Sequence record: PP496439.1
Direction: 5' to 3' (one strand)
Length of the DNA stretch: 64,000 nucleotides
Positions 35,091-44,450 of this stretch are shown one piece after another. Positions within the stretch are counted from its first letter, which is position 1. Every line of letters begins with the position of its first letter. Under the pieces are notes generated by a model that was not told where the DNA came from, made no database searches, and saw only the letters and a list, made by a program, of their open reading frames with translations. The translations under genes were made by a program, and so were the position numbers.

Positions 35091-35687
35091 TCAAGCAAAC
35101 ACAATCGTCCACCTTAGGACTAACTTGCGCTGGTTGGTCTTGACCAGTGCGGGGAACGTCTCGCGGCAAAACAGGTTGCCGTTGGTGCAAAACATCCCTG
35201 CTTCGGTATACGCCAGACCAGCCGACGGCGTGGTGGGGTTGTTACCTTCGGACTTGTCAATGACCAGCGTGTACTGAACCTGGGTCTCGCTGCCGGTCGG
35301 CTGATACGTGTAGTCTTTCGGATCGACCGACGTGTTGAAGAGCTTGCTGAACACCGTGGAAGATACGTCCAGCAGGCCAACGTCAGTTTCTTTCGGCGCA
35401 ACCGGGGTCATAATGTCGCCGGTGGTCAGGTTGTGACCTTTGGTACCGAACTTGAACGACGCAATGGAATAGGCTGCATCTGCTGACGCCAGCAAATGGG
35501 CCAGCGCCTTGGCACCGAGCGTTACCACGAGGTTGGGTTTGAAGTGCACCAGTCGAGTGATGCCGTCTTCCTCGATGTACGCTTCCACCTGACCACGGCA
35601 CTTGATTCCCTCAGCCTTGTCCATGCCGATACCCGTTTCCATTGCTGCGATGGCCTGAATGGCTTCTACGGTCTGATGCGTGCTCAT
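35091..35687 (-). CDS. Baseplate/tail-fibre attachment (collar-like) protein
   Basis: YTEAGMF...LFCRETFPALVKT...LRWTI pattern typical of fibre-proximal baseplate proteins; gene position. Confidence 0.65.
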   Translation of the reverse strand: MSTHQTVEAIQAIAAMETGIGMDKAEGIKCRGQVEAYIEEDGITRLVHFKPNLVVTLGAKALAHLLASADAAYSIASFKFGTKGHNLTTGDIMTPVAPKETDVGLLDVSSTVFSKLFNTSVDPKDYTYQPTGSETQVQYTLVIDKSEGNNPTTPSAGLAYTEAGMFCTNGNLFCRETFPALVKTNQRKLVLRWTIVFA

Positions 35688-36880
35688 GTGGTCTCCTCAG
35701 CTGGGGCATAGTCTACCCATTCAGCGTTAATATAATCGTGTGCGTAGATGTTGGAACCACCGATCCACTTGCCTTGGGTTGCCGGGGTTGCTCTCACTAC
35801 ATCGGGATTGTTGATGTAGAACCCACCGATGACCGGCATGCCTCGCCCATTACGACTTGGCTCGCTGATATTGGTGACGATCTCACCTGCGTCGAATTCT
35901 AGCACTGACAGCGAAGACGAAGGAATCGCCGGTTGCGTTATCAATACCTCAATGTCGAAATCTAGAGTAAGCTCTAGGGCCTTGATGCGGGGTTCAACCA
36001 CGTCATGGTAGCTTTCGATTGAATTAGCATCGAGGTACTTTTTGACGATATCCCGGAAGTCCGCACCGTAGAAGTCCATCTCGTACTTGTCGTACCAGCC
36101 GTCCAAGGCATTGATCGGTTTGTTCCGATGGTCGCCTCCGATAGTCGGGTAGGGGTACGGCAGCGGTGCACCCTGACCGATGAAGAAGCCCCCTATATCG
36201 AACGGCGGGTACGGGTAGTCTCGTAGCTTGCCGACACGAAACGGCTGGCGGATGTCTTCGTTGATTTGTTCCTCGATGTCTTCCGTGAAAGGAACAATGT
36301 CTTTGATGTTGACGCCCAGTTTGAAGCCGATGATGTTGGAGCAGACCCACATGAACTCTCGGGCCAGCACCAGCAACTGTGCTTCGGTCAGCAGGTCAGG
36401 GGCGGACGTAGGAGAAGCCTCAAGTCCGATCAGGATCTCGCAGTTGTTCAACCCAACCAGCTCCGGGTCATCTGCCCACGCCACACCGTTGGCGGTTTGC
36501 AGTTCTATCTCCCGCTGAACCCGCGTACCTTCGTAGATAATCGCACCAATGCCCAGCAGGCGGAGGATGAACACCAGTCCACGTGACGTACCTTTCAACC
36601 GGTAGATCATGCGAGTGACGCCGACCAACGATCGGTCTTCAATGGCAGCACCGGCGGCACTCAGGATGCGCTTGATCTCATCCGCACCAAACTCGTCTGC
36701 GCCGATGCCCGGATCATAGGCGTCACCTTGAATGTTGAACCGGTCTACCATCTCCTCCACGTTCGCATAGTGGTTGGTCAGCGAGATGAAGTCCATGATC
36801 GCTGCCACTTTCTGGAACACAGGGTGATTACGTTGTTGCTCTGGAACCAGCTGAATGCTTGGTAGGATCTCCATAGCCAT
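35684..36880 (-). CDS. Baseplate wedge protein (gp7/P2-I-like)
   Basis: IYRLKGTSRGLVFILRLLG motif; follows the gp6-like gene. Confidence 0.65.
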   Translation of the reverse strand: MAMEILPSIQLVPEQQRNHPVFQKVAAIMDFISLTNHYANVEEMVDRFNIQGDAYDPGIGADEFGADEIKRILSAAGAAIEDRSLVGVTRMIYRLKGTSRGLVFILRLLGIGAIIYEGTRVQREIELQTANGVAWADDPELVGLNNCEILIGLEASPTSAPDLLTEAQLLVLAREFMWVCSNIIGFKLGVNIKDIVPFTEDIEEQINEDIRQPFRVGKLRDYPYPPFDIGGFFIGQGAPLPYPYPTIGGDHRNKPINALDGWYDKYEMDFYGADFRDIVKKYLDANSIESYHDVVEPRIKALELTLDFDIEVLITQPAIPSSSLSVLEFDAGEIVTNISEPSRNGRGMPVIGGFYINNPDVVRATPATQGKWIGGSNIYAHDYINAEWVDYAPAEETT

Positions 36881-36883
36881 GGT

Positions 36884-38416
36884 TTAATCCTCTGTAACGA
36901 CGGTGTAACCCGTTGAGAGATCACCGTCATCAGGCCCAAAGTTAGCCAATTGGGTTTCGTCCGTGGTGAAGGAAACGTTCAACTCTCCGGGAATGAAGTA
37001 CTGGTAGAAGCGCAACTTCTTATCCTTGATCGGGGTCTTGACATACACCCGAGTAACCTTGTCCAGTTTCTGCCCAATACCGCCGGTGAAGAACGTCCCA
37101 CCCAGCTTGTAGCATTGGGCCAGACGTTGCTTGGCGATAGCAGCTTCCAGCGCCGTGGTGTCGGCCGTCTTATCGATTACCAGTACCAGCTCAAGGTCAA
37201 CTCGTACCGCAACCGAATCGATCCACACAATGCCTTCAGCACTGATTTTGAACTTGGCCAGATAGTCCAGCAAGGCCAGCTCTTCAAGCGGGGACAGGGA
37301 ATGGGTATCGTCGAACAGGTAGGCGATGGCGCACCGGCAGCAACCTTCCTGCTTGCCGTCGTCCCACGTACCCCCCGCAACTTCACAGGCTTCCTTGCTC
37401 CACTTGTCATCGAGGTTGCATTCACCCCGGTGGAACTTGGCATCGATCATACCTGGGTACGACTTCACCAGAGCTTCGTGATCGCTCGGGGTCACCATAC
37501 GCCTTTGAGTTGAGTGGTACGCCGGGGCCAGTGTAGCGATCTTTTCCAGTGTGTCAGCGGGGTAAAACGGGGTGGACGTCTCGATGGCTTGCGGCGTCAT
37601 AAAGCCTGAATCCAGCGACACCTTGGGCAGCGTCAGGTTGAAGCTTGCCAGCACACGGGTATCTACCACCCGCAAATAGGACAATGACACCTTACCGTTG
37701 AATGGCAACCGGTAGCCGATGGCCCCGTCACCTGATTTCAAGGCCAGCGCGTCGGGAAGGGTAGCAACAGGTAATGCACCTTCATACATGTCGTCGGTGA
37801 ACTTGCTGGTAGGGACCACCTGATCCTCTACCGTCACCTGAACGAAATTGTTGTCCACGGTCATGATGTCTTCGACAGGAATCACGAACGTGTAGAAGTC
37901 TGTGTCGGAGTCCACGAACGTTTCAATTGTCTCCCACGTGCCCAGCAGCAGGGTAAGCTTGTGCGTACCGACTGCAAGATACTGGGACTCTCGCAAGGAA
38001 AGCGGTTGGCTGTCAACGTAGCCGAACGGCACTTCTCGCAGGAAGTAATTCGCTTTGGTAACCTGAACCGTGACGTCGATGGTCATGGCTGTACACCTGT
38101 TGACCGGGTAGTCAAGGTGATACGCGATGTTCAGGATCGTGCTCTGAAGTTTTGCGGTGACCAGCGAGCGTTCCCGTAGCAGGGACATACTGTGGAAACG
38201 CAAAAATGTCCCCAGGCCAGCAGCCAATTCCTTGACAACCGTACCTGTGGACATGCTGAAGTAGTCTTTCCACTTTGCTGCGTCGTCTTGACCGTCCAGA
38301 AATGTATTCAGGTCGTCCAAGATCGTAGCTTGGGAAATGCGGCTGGGATCAATGATGGTGGTGCCCATACGTTCCTCGAATCGGTTAGGAGGCTGGGCGT
38401 TTAAGATCGCCGCCAA
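36884..38416 (-). CDS. Baseplate wedge protein (gp6/baseplate J-like)
   Basis: LVTAKLQSTILNIAYHLDY, QRRMVTPSDHEAL; adjacent to gp25-like. Confidence 0.8.
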   Translation of the reverse strand: MAAILNAQPPNRFEERMGTTIIDPSRISQATILDDLNTFLDGQDDAAKWKDYFSMSTGTVVKELAAGLGTFLRFHSMSLLRERSLVTAKLQSTILNIAYHLDYPVNRCTAMTIDVTVQVTKANYFLREVPFGYVDSQPLSLRESQYLAVGTHKLTLLLGTWETIETFVDSDTDFYTFVIPVEDIMTVDNNFVQVTVEDQVVPTSKFTDDMYEGALPVATLPDALALKSGDGAIGYRLPFNGKVSLSYLRVVDTRVLASFNLTLPKVSLDSGFMTPQAIETSTPFYPADTLEKIATLAPAYHSTQRRMVTPSDHEALVKSYPGMIDAKFHRGECNLDDKWSKEACEVAGGTWDDGKQEGCCRCAIAYLFDDTHSLSPLEELALLDYLAKFKISAEGIVWIDSVAVRVDLELVLVIDKTADTTALEAAIAKQRLAQCYKLGGTFFTGGIGQKLDKVTRVYVKTPIKDKKLRFYQYFIPGELNVSFTTDETQLANFGPDDGDLSTGYTVVTED

Positions 38417-38768
38417 CGGAATAGTTACCGTCTAAGCCTTGGATGTAGAAGTTCAGCTGGACGTAATACATCTGGGCGTCCATGTAAGGGATAACCGAAG
38501 ACGACTTCATGTCCAACCGGAGGCGGGGTTCATACTTCTGAATGCCCCCGATGAAGTGAGCCATGATCATCGAGGCCGTATCGGAATTGATGGGCTCGAA
38601 TAATAGGTCTCGAAGATCGGGATCGATGTCAGGACGAAACAATCGCTGCTTCTGCCCGGTGTTCATCAAATTGTCCAGCGCCTGATAAACCGCTGACTCA
38701 TTGAACTGGAGCGGAAGCCCAGACAATGGATCGTTGCTCAAGTCGCTGTAGAGTACCGTGATCGCCAT
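38385..38768 (-). CDS. Baseplate wedge initiator gp25-like
   Basis: YSDL...ALDNLMNT...QRLFRPD...LLFEP...YEPR. Confidence 0.85.
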   Translation of the reverse strand: MAITVLYSDLSNDPLSGLPLQFNESAVYQALDNLMNTGQKQRLFRPDIDPDLRDLLFEPINSDTASMIMAHFIGGIQKYEPRLRLDMKSSSVIPYMDAQMYYVQLNFYIQGLDGNYSVGGDLKRPAS

Positions 38769-38904
38769 AGTCCGGCTCCAGCGTGCCGCCCGTATACGCT
38801 CACAGGCGGGGTTTTACGTGATGAGTGGTTAAATGGTACGTCCCGATAAATAACGAGCCCGCCTGCCGCCGCTGGGGGCCGTTACAGTTCAACCTGATTC
38901 CACG

Positions 38905-39405
38905 TCAGTTCTTGCCGCGTAGTTCCAGTGTGCTCGCCGACGAAGCCGTCGGAAAGAACTCTACTACAGGGTCTCCCTTGGAATCAGTGAAAAGCCGCTC
39001 CGGTAGATTAACCTCAGGGATTGTCGTTGCAGCGTTGGACGCCGCTGACGGAGATAAGCTACTGGGAGGTGGAACGGCTACCATTTTTTCCTTGTCGTCT
39101 CCTTCCTTACTTCGGGAGGAGTTGAACCTGCTATACAACTCGCTGATTTGACTCTGTTGATTTCGGAACTGCTCCGTGGTTTCCCGGTTGAACTTGGTCT
39201 GGGTAGACACGAAGGAGATTACCGTCTTCTTCAAAGCATCGATGTCAGCGCTAACAGGAGCCTGCTTGGCATAGCGATCTTCCACAAAGAAATACATGGA
39301 GAACAACGCAATGACAATGGCTATTACTTGGGTAGGCGAGAGACGGATGGCAGAAACTTCTGTGTTAGGAGAAGGTGTGCCTCCGCTTGCGGGTTGACCA
39401 GCCAT
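38905..39405 (-). CDS. Hypothetical protein with single TM helix and coiled coil
   Basis: QVIAIVIALFSMYFFV followed by a heptad-like segment. Confidence 0.65.
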   Translation of the reverse strand: MAGQPASGGTPSPNTEVSAIRLSPTQVIAIVIALFSMYFFVEDRYAKQAPVSADIDALKKTVISFVSTQTKFNRETTEQFRNQQSQISELYSRFNSSRSKEGDDKEKMVAVPPPSSLSPSAASNAATTIPEVNLPERLFTDSKGDPVVEFFPTASSASTLELRGKN

Positions 39406-39443
39406 ACTACCGTCCTCTACAGGCCATCAGGCAGTGGGTTAGC

Positions 39444-40451
39444 TCAGGCGAGGAATCTGTGTAAGCCCGAGGAATATTTGTTCAGGTACATGGTCATCAC
39501 CTTATTGGACGCGGTGGTGGCTCGGTTACCTGATCGGTTAAACGACATATGCAACCAAGGTCGGTTCCCGTGTTCAAAGATGAACTGGTCATAATTGATG
39601 TTGTCTTTGACCCAATTGGCACGATCCCAATATTCTTGATTGCTAATGCCGGGCCACTGTACATCGATGGCTTGTCCCGTCTCATGCTGGGACCTACCAT
39701 TCTGCTGTGTACGGAAACCGGAGTTGAAGGAGAAACCTGGGTAGGCGTCCCACAACGGTTCCAGTATATGCTCGGCCAATGCCTTGAGGTTGCAAACTAT
39801 CTCCTGTTCCGTCAAGCCCCGTTGAGCCTTGATGGTGTGAGGGAAAGCAGTCTTGATCGATACGTTAGCCAACGTAAACCTTGCGGATAGACGCAGCCCG
39901 TAATCCAGCGGTAGAGTAATCATGGCGCAGTCAGTGATAGGTGTAACTCGGTCCGGCGGGGGCACCTTGTTCTCTTCCTGTGCGGGTGTGTCTATTGGCG
40001 GTGGCGGTGAAGTCTGGGGTGCCGGTGGATAACTCTGCTGCGGAGTACCGGGACTGGTCTCGTATTCATCAGCGAAAGCGTCGTAACCGGCAGTCCGAAT
40101 AAGCTTGGCTGCATTCTCAGGGCTGTTCTGATCCACCGGAATAATAGTGGCAGCGATAATCTCCACCTTACCCTTATCCGATGTACCGTCACCTACCAGC
40201 ACAGTAGGTGAGCCTGTCATGGGTGCGTCATTGTCTTGGAACCCGTCACCCAGTCGGGCAACTGGTAGTCCGTTGGTGAACACCGTGGCACTCCCAACTC
40301 TTTGCGAAGTAGGTCCGGGTGGGCCAATCCAGGTATCGCTGACCCGTACAACAGGGAAGCCATTGACCATGTGATTCGGGGATCCAGACACTGCCACCCG
40401 TTTAGCGTTTGACAAGTCTGGGCCTTGCCGGGCCACTGGTTTCAATGCCAT
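39444..40451 (-). CDS. PAAR-like spike tip fused to a peptidase M15A domain
   Basis: N-terminal VARQG/VVRVSD/VARLGD with GSxxVxxNG repeats. C-terminal NSGFR...SQHETGQAID...WLHMS. Confidence 0.85.
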   Translation of the reverse strand: MALKPVARQGPDLSNAKRVAVSGSPNHMVNGFPVVRVSDTWIGPPGPTSQRVGSATVFTNGLPVARLGDGFQDNDAPMTGSPTVLVGDGTSDKGKVEIIAATIIPVDQNSPENAAKLIRTAGYDAFADEYETSPGTPQQSYPPAPQTSPPPPIDTPAQEENKVPPPDRVTPITDCAMITLPLDYGLRLSARFTLANVSIKTAFPHTIKAQRGLTEQEIVCNLKALAEHILEPLWDAYPGFSFNSGFRTQQNGRSQHETGQAIDVQWPGISNQEYWDRANWVKDNINYDQFIFEHGNRPWLHMSFNRSGNRATTASNKVMTMYLNKYSSGLHRFLA

Positions 40452-40460
40452 GTGCCCACC

Positions 40461-41099
40461 TTAAGGGTTGTCCTGAATCATGCCAGCCTTACGAGTCTCG
40501 ATACCGATGGTGTTGGTATCCTTAGCTCCTTCTACATTCTCAGCCAGATTGCCTTTGACCAGTACCGCGCTGTCACCCACCACTTGCCGTGAGAAGTTCC
40601 TGCCGACAACCTCGATCAAGTCCCGCTTGGCAGTTCTGATGATGTCACCGTCGTTGGTGAATACTTCCTTACTGCCGGTGTGGTGGATGAACGTCACCTC
40701 CCCACTGGTCAGGTCCGTGATCCACTGGTTACCAGACGCATCAATCTGGCCGTAAGTGGTCGGGTAGTTGGTGCCCGACACATCCGTCTGCTGCGTGCCC
40801 GCCGACTTCCAGAACCCCGTGTATACTGGGAAGTGGGGATCTTGGCTGGGGAACTCGATGATCAGTTCAGATCCGACGATAGGCACTCCGAAGGAACTGG
40901 TGCCACCTCCGCCACCCTGATCAGCAGGAACCTGAGCGTAGCACCATGGCAGGGAATCCACGTCTCCGTCGATGAACGGCGGAATGCGACACTTAACCCG
41001 TGAGATGCCACGTGGGTCTTGGTTGGTGACCACGATGCCTTTGAGCGGCTGATCGAAGAACCGCCGGGGTTTCATCACTTGATTGATAGAAAAGAGCAT
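40461..41099 (-). CDS. Baseplate central spike gp5/VgrG-like (OB-fold, no lysozyme domain)
   Basis: GIVVTNQDPRGISRVKCRIP...LPWC...FGVPIVGSELIIEF...PVYTG. Confidence 0.85.
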   Translation of the reverse strand: MLFSINQVMKPRRFFDQPLKGIVVTNQDPRGISRVKCRIPPFIDGDVDSLPWCYAQVPADQGGGGGTSSFGVPIVGSELIIEFPSQDPHFPVYTGFWKSAGTQQTDVSGTNYPTTYGQIDASGNQWITDLTSGEVTFIHHTGSKEVFTNDGDIIRTAKRDLIEVVGRNFSRQVVGDSAVLVKGNLAENVEGAKDTNTIGIETRKAGMIQDNP

Positions 41100-41117
41100 G
41101 GAAACCTCTCGTGCCGG

Positions 41118-41939
41118 TTAGAAATATTCCGGCTTGAACTGCTCGATCTGAACCGCGAATTCCTTTTTCAACTTCTCCTGACGATCCTGATCTTCCATCA
41201 CGATGATGTGGCGACGGAGCTTCGAGCACGCGGTCAAGTCACCGGCAGCACGTTCCAGGTCACGGGCGTAATCCTCAAGCTCGCTGATCTGTTTATCCAG
41301 CTTGAACGTGGTCTCACCCTTCACATACTTCTGGATGTAGAACTTGCGCATCTGCTTGTCGTACAAGCTGCGGTAGGTCTTCTCGTATTCCGCCAGCGCA
41401 TCCGCCGGTTTCATTTTGAGCGGACCTTTACGCACCTTGTCGGTCTTGATGGTATGAACGGTGTCCTTCGTTTCCACCTGCTTGATCGTCGGGATCAGCG
41501 GATTGTTCTTGTCCGCTTTGGTTTGCGTAGGAATCTGCGCTTTAGGCTTTTCCTTGGCAACCTTGACGGTGGTGTCTACCTTTGGCCGTGCACGACCGAG
41601 GAAGCCAGCAACATCATCTGCGCTAACCCACTTCGGCAGTTCCTTGACCGGCAAGGCAGTCTTGCGCACCTTATTGCTGGTGCACTTGCCCAGTACCCAC
41701 TTGCGGGTGGCCGGGAACTCTGCGACTTCGCCGTCGTCGAAGCGGATGAACAAAGTCTTGTCCGCCACGCTGCGTTTGGATACGGTGCCGATGAAGATCA
41801 GCGGGTCTTGCTTCTTGCCGTCGTAGTTGATAACGAGCCGGTCACCTTTCTTGAATTCATCAATCAGGGCTGACGTTTCGATCTCTTGCTTGTCGTGCGA
41901 CGACGTAGAGCGGGCCGGGTTAAGAGTCCGAATGCTCAT
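41118..41939 (-). CDS. Hypothetical protein with N-terminal Tudor-like domain
   Basis: GDRLVINY...FIGTV...FIRFDDGEV; paralogous to the N-terminus of 58766..59914. Confidence 0.75.
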   Translation of the reverse strand: MSIRTLNPARSTSSHDKQEIETSALIDEFKKGDRLVINYDGKKQDPLIFIGTVSKRSVADKTLFIRFDDGEVAEFPATRKWVLGKCTSNKVRKTALPVKELPKWVSADDVAGFLGRARPKVDTTVKVAKEKPKAQIPTQTKADKNNPLIPTIKQVETKDTVHTIKTDKVRKGPLKMKPADALAEYEKTYRSLYDKQMRKFYIQKYVKGETTFKLDKQISELEDYARDLERAAGDLTACSKLRRHIIVMEDQDRQEKLKKEFAVQIEQFKPEYF

Positions 41940-41986
41940 TATTTTCTCCTGTTCGGGCGCTGTGCCATGTCATTCAAATCATGCCC

Positions 41987-42000
41987 ATAATTAGGCCTTT
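41987..42000 (-). promoter_or_regulatory. Candidate late-promoter motif AAAGGCCTAATTAT
   Basis: Intergenic; near-identical to AAAGTCCTAATTAC at 11627-11640. Confidence 0.45.
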
Positions 42001-42007
42001 TGCGTGT

Positions 42008-43171
42008 TTAGCGAACGTTGCCTTTGATGGCAGCTGGCGCTTCCCGACTCATCTCAACCCGAGTAACCATATCGCCGTTGACGATCCGTCTTGCGACCAT
42101 GTTGACCAAGTACATCCCGGTATACGTCTCCGAGGTTTGCTTGTTCTGGTTATTAACCTCAAGCTCATCATCCTTGAACAGTACCAGATCCAGCAGTCGC
42201 ACCGGATAGAACTCGTTCTTGAACGACACGTCCACCGTACAGGCGGAGTAGCTGCACAGATAGTTCAAGTTGTTGATGTAAGACTCGTTATACCGGGCGT
42301 GCACGTTGTCCCCTGCAAAGGAGTTCGGCACTCGGCGAATCTTTACATCCGCGTTCCGGCCCAGTGTCTTGGACGCGGCCAGCAGCGTTGATACCGTACT
42401 GCTCTTACCGATGCTACCCCCACTGTCCAGGTTATACTCCAGCGTTTCCAGACCGTACCCTGCGAACTGATTCAGCAGGCCGTTGGACAACTGGATCGTG
42501 TACTCACCTTGGATAGGGATTTGTACGCTTGCTGCCTTTTGTTCTGGCGAGGATGCCCCATAGTTGAAGATGTAGGCCGGAGCCAAGCTCAACATGGACT
42601 TCAGACTGCGGAACCGGAAGATGGAATCCGACGTGATGCCGATCAGAGGAACGTTGTTCAGCCCCACGTCAGTGCGCAGCCAGGTGCTGTTGACGAACGC
42701 ACGGTCTGTCGTGTACGGTTGAATCCACTTCATCTTGTCCACGGAAGCGGGCAGATTGGTGTCGAACTTCATGTTGTTCCGTTGGGCAACCCCGGCCATC
42801 ACCTCGACACCCGACATCAGCTTGGTGATCTGCTGGTGGCAGTCGTTCACATAAGACGGATGGTACGCCAGCCCGGACAGGTTGAACACATACTCCGACT
42901 GACCATTCCGTTTTACCTTGGGGTTCAGAATCCAAAGGCGATAGTCCATCATGTTGTCCGCTGTCCGACCAATGGAGATCGTCAGCGGATTGCCTTCGTT
43001 CATGTTGTACATCACTTCCTTGTTGCTAGTCGAGAACGTCATCTCGAACTGTGGAAGCTCGCCCCCGGCACGTTCGATGATCTGGAAGTCAGTGAGCTGA
43101 TCCCCGGACAAGAAGTCCTTGATGGTGCCGATGGATGCCGAGAGTCGCCACTGACCGTTAACGCCGATCAT
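42008..43171 (-). CDS. Baseplate hub (gp27/gp44-like)
   Basis: Size, position between gp53-like and gp5, C-terminal YTGMYLVNMVARRI...TRVEMSR. Confidence 0.7.
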   Translation of the reverse strand: MIGVNGQWRLSASIGTIKDFLSGDQLTDFQIIERAGGELPQFEMTFSTSNKEVMYNMNEGNPLTISIGRTADNMMDYRLWILNPKVKRNGQSEYVFNLSGLAYHPSYVNDCHQQITKLMSGVEVMAGVAQRNNMKFDTNLPASVDKMKWIQPYTTDRAFVNSTWLRTDVGLNNVPLIGITSDSIFRFRSLKSMLSLAPAYIFNYGASSPEQKAASVQIPIQGEYTIQLSNGLLNQFAGYGLETLEYNLDSGGSIGKSSTVSTLLAASKTLGRNADVKIRRVPNSFAGDNVHARYNESYINNLNYLCSYSACTVDVSFKNEFYPVRLLDLVLFKDDELEVNNQNKQTSETYTGMYLVNMVARRIVNGDMVTRVEMSREAPAAIKGNVR

Positions 43172-43557
43172 AATGGAGAACTCCCGTAGGACGTGGTAGG
43201 CACACCTGAAGACTTCAGCGGCTTTAGTCGGAAGTACAAGTCTTCCAAGTCAGATAGGCGGAAGTAGTTCATCACGGTGCCCACCTTCAGCTCGGTGAAC
43301 AGGCACTTGTTGTTGTAGTGCATCAGCAAGGCCCAATAGTCCACGGAGCCGTAGATGGTATAGGACAAGAACTCAGGGTGGTACTCGTCTTCCGCACCGA
43401 CCAGCAGTGTGCCTGCCTTTTCCAACAGCGATACCTGCTTGAGGAATACACTGCTCAGGGGGTCATACATCTCAACCCCACCGGCGCTGACCGTCTGGAT
43501 GAATTTCTCCAGATCGTAGCGGCCATCACCTTTTCCTTCGTCAATGATGAAACCCAT
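43168..43557 (-). CDS. Baseplate wedge gp53-like (LysM-like)
   Basis: PEFLSYTIYGSVDYWALLMHYNN pattern. Confidence 0.8.
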   Translation of the reverse strand: MGFIIDEGKGDGRYDLEKFIQTVSAGGVEMYDPLSSVFLKQVSLLEKAGTLLVGAEDEYHPEFLSYTIYGSVDYWALLMHYNNKCLFTELKVGTVMNYFRLSDLEDLYFRLKPLKSSGVPTTSYGSSPL

Positions 43558-43565
43558 GACTCACC

Positions 43566-44441
43566 TCAATTAAGCTTGGCCGCGCCGGAAGTCAATAGGT
43601 CCTTCAACTGCGCTGTGGTCTTGGTGCCTATTGCGGTGGCACTGGCATAAGACTTATCGAACTCAGATGATATCTGAGCCAGCCGTTGCTGATTGGTAAG
43701 CGAAGGGGTTGCGGCGGCAACGGCTGGCGCAGAGGCTGTAGCCGTGATGCTGGACAGCAGACCCAGCCCTACGTCGCGGAAGAAGGCGAGGAACTCTTGA
43801 TCGGAAACCAGACGGTACGGTTGCACCGTCAGGGAACCTGTGGCGTACAGCGGCGTGCCGTCAACGGTGACTGCCTGCGAGAATTCGAAGTTGGCATCCA
43901 CCAAGATCAGGTTGGTGGCGCGGAACCACTGCCCGATCTCCAGCGTCCACGTACCCTGCGCTTCGGACTTACCCGAAGGCAAGTATCCGCCCGGCGGGGT
44001 GAGGAATGCCGAGAGGAAGGAATCTACGCCTACCTTTTCGTTCTTACCTTCACCGATCCGAGGGTACAAGTAGCTTTGCAGCTTGGCGGACTTTAGGTGG
44101 ACGGGTTCCTCACTCTCGTTGTACCGCACGATAGCCACCTGAAGTGGGAACGTCGGGCGCTGTGTGCCGTTCCAGGTAGACACCGTGTTGAGCAGCGTCT
44201 TAATTTGGAAGGTCTTGAAGTCCGTACCGAAGGCGATGTTGGTCGCCGTGGTCAGCTCCGTGAGCTTCTGGGACTTGTCGTTGAAGAATTGTTCAAATGG
44301 ACTCTCATAGTTGGCCGAAGAGTTGATACCGAACGGCGCTGTGATGATGCACTTGAACTGATAGAGGTCTAACTGGTGGGAGAGGCGAATCGTATGATCC
44401 GCACTCCCCATCAGCGCAGCGTAATCTAAACCGGCGCTCAT
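43566..44441 (-). CDS. Tail tube cap/baseplate-tube junction (gp48-like)
   Basis: Tube-protein-like fold cues (WNGTQRPTFP...LEIGQW...NFEFSQ...PLYATGSL); follows the tape measure. Confidence 0.6.
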   Translation of the reverse strand: MSAGLDYAALMGSADHTIRLSHQLDLYQFKCIITAPFGINSSANYESPFEQFFNDKSQKLTELTTATNIAFGTDFKTFQIKTLLNTVSTWNGTQRPTFPLQVAIVRYNESEEPVHLKSAKLQSYLYPRIGEGKNEKVGVDSFLSAFLTPPGGYLPSGKSEAQGTWTLEIGQWFRATNLILVDANFEFSQAVTVDGTPLYATGSLTVQPYRLVSDQEFLAFFRDVGLGLLSSITATASAPAVAAATPSLTNQQRLAQISSEFDKSYASATAIGTKTTAQLKDLLTSGAAKLN

Positions 44442-44450
44442 GGTATCCCC

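Noticed and set aside
6121-38800. Recurring palindrome (G)CGTATACG(C) at 6121, 18268 and about 38791
   Set aside because: One copy is inside coding sequence, the flanks are unrelated, and there are too few copies to call an operator.
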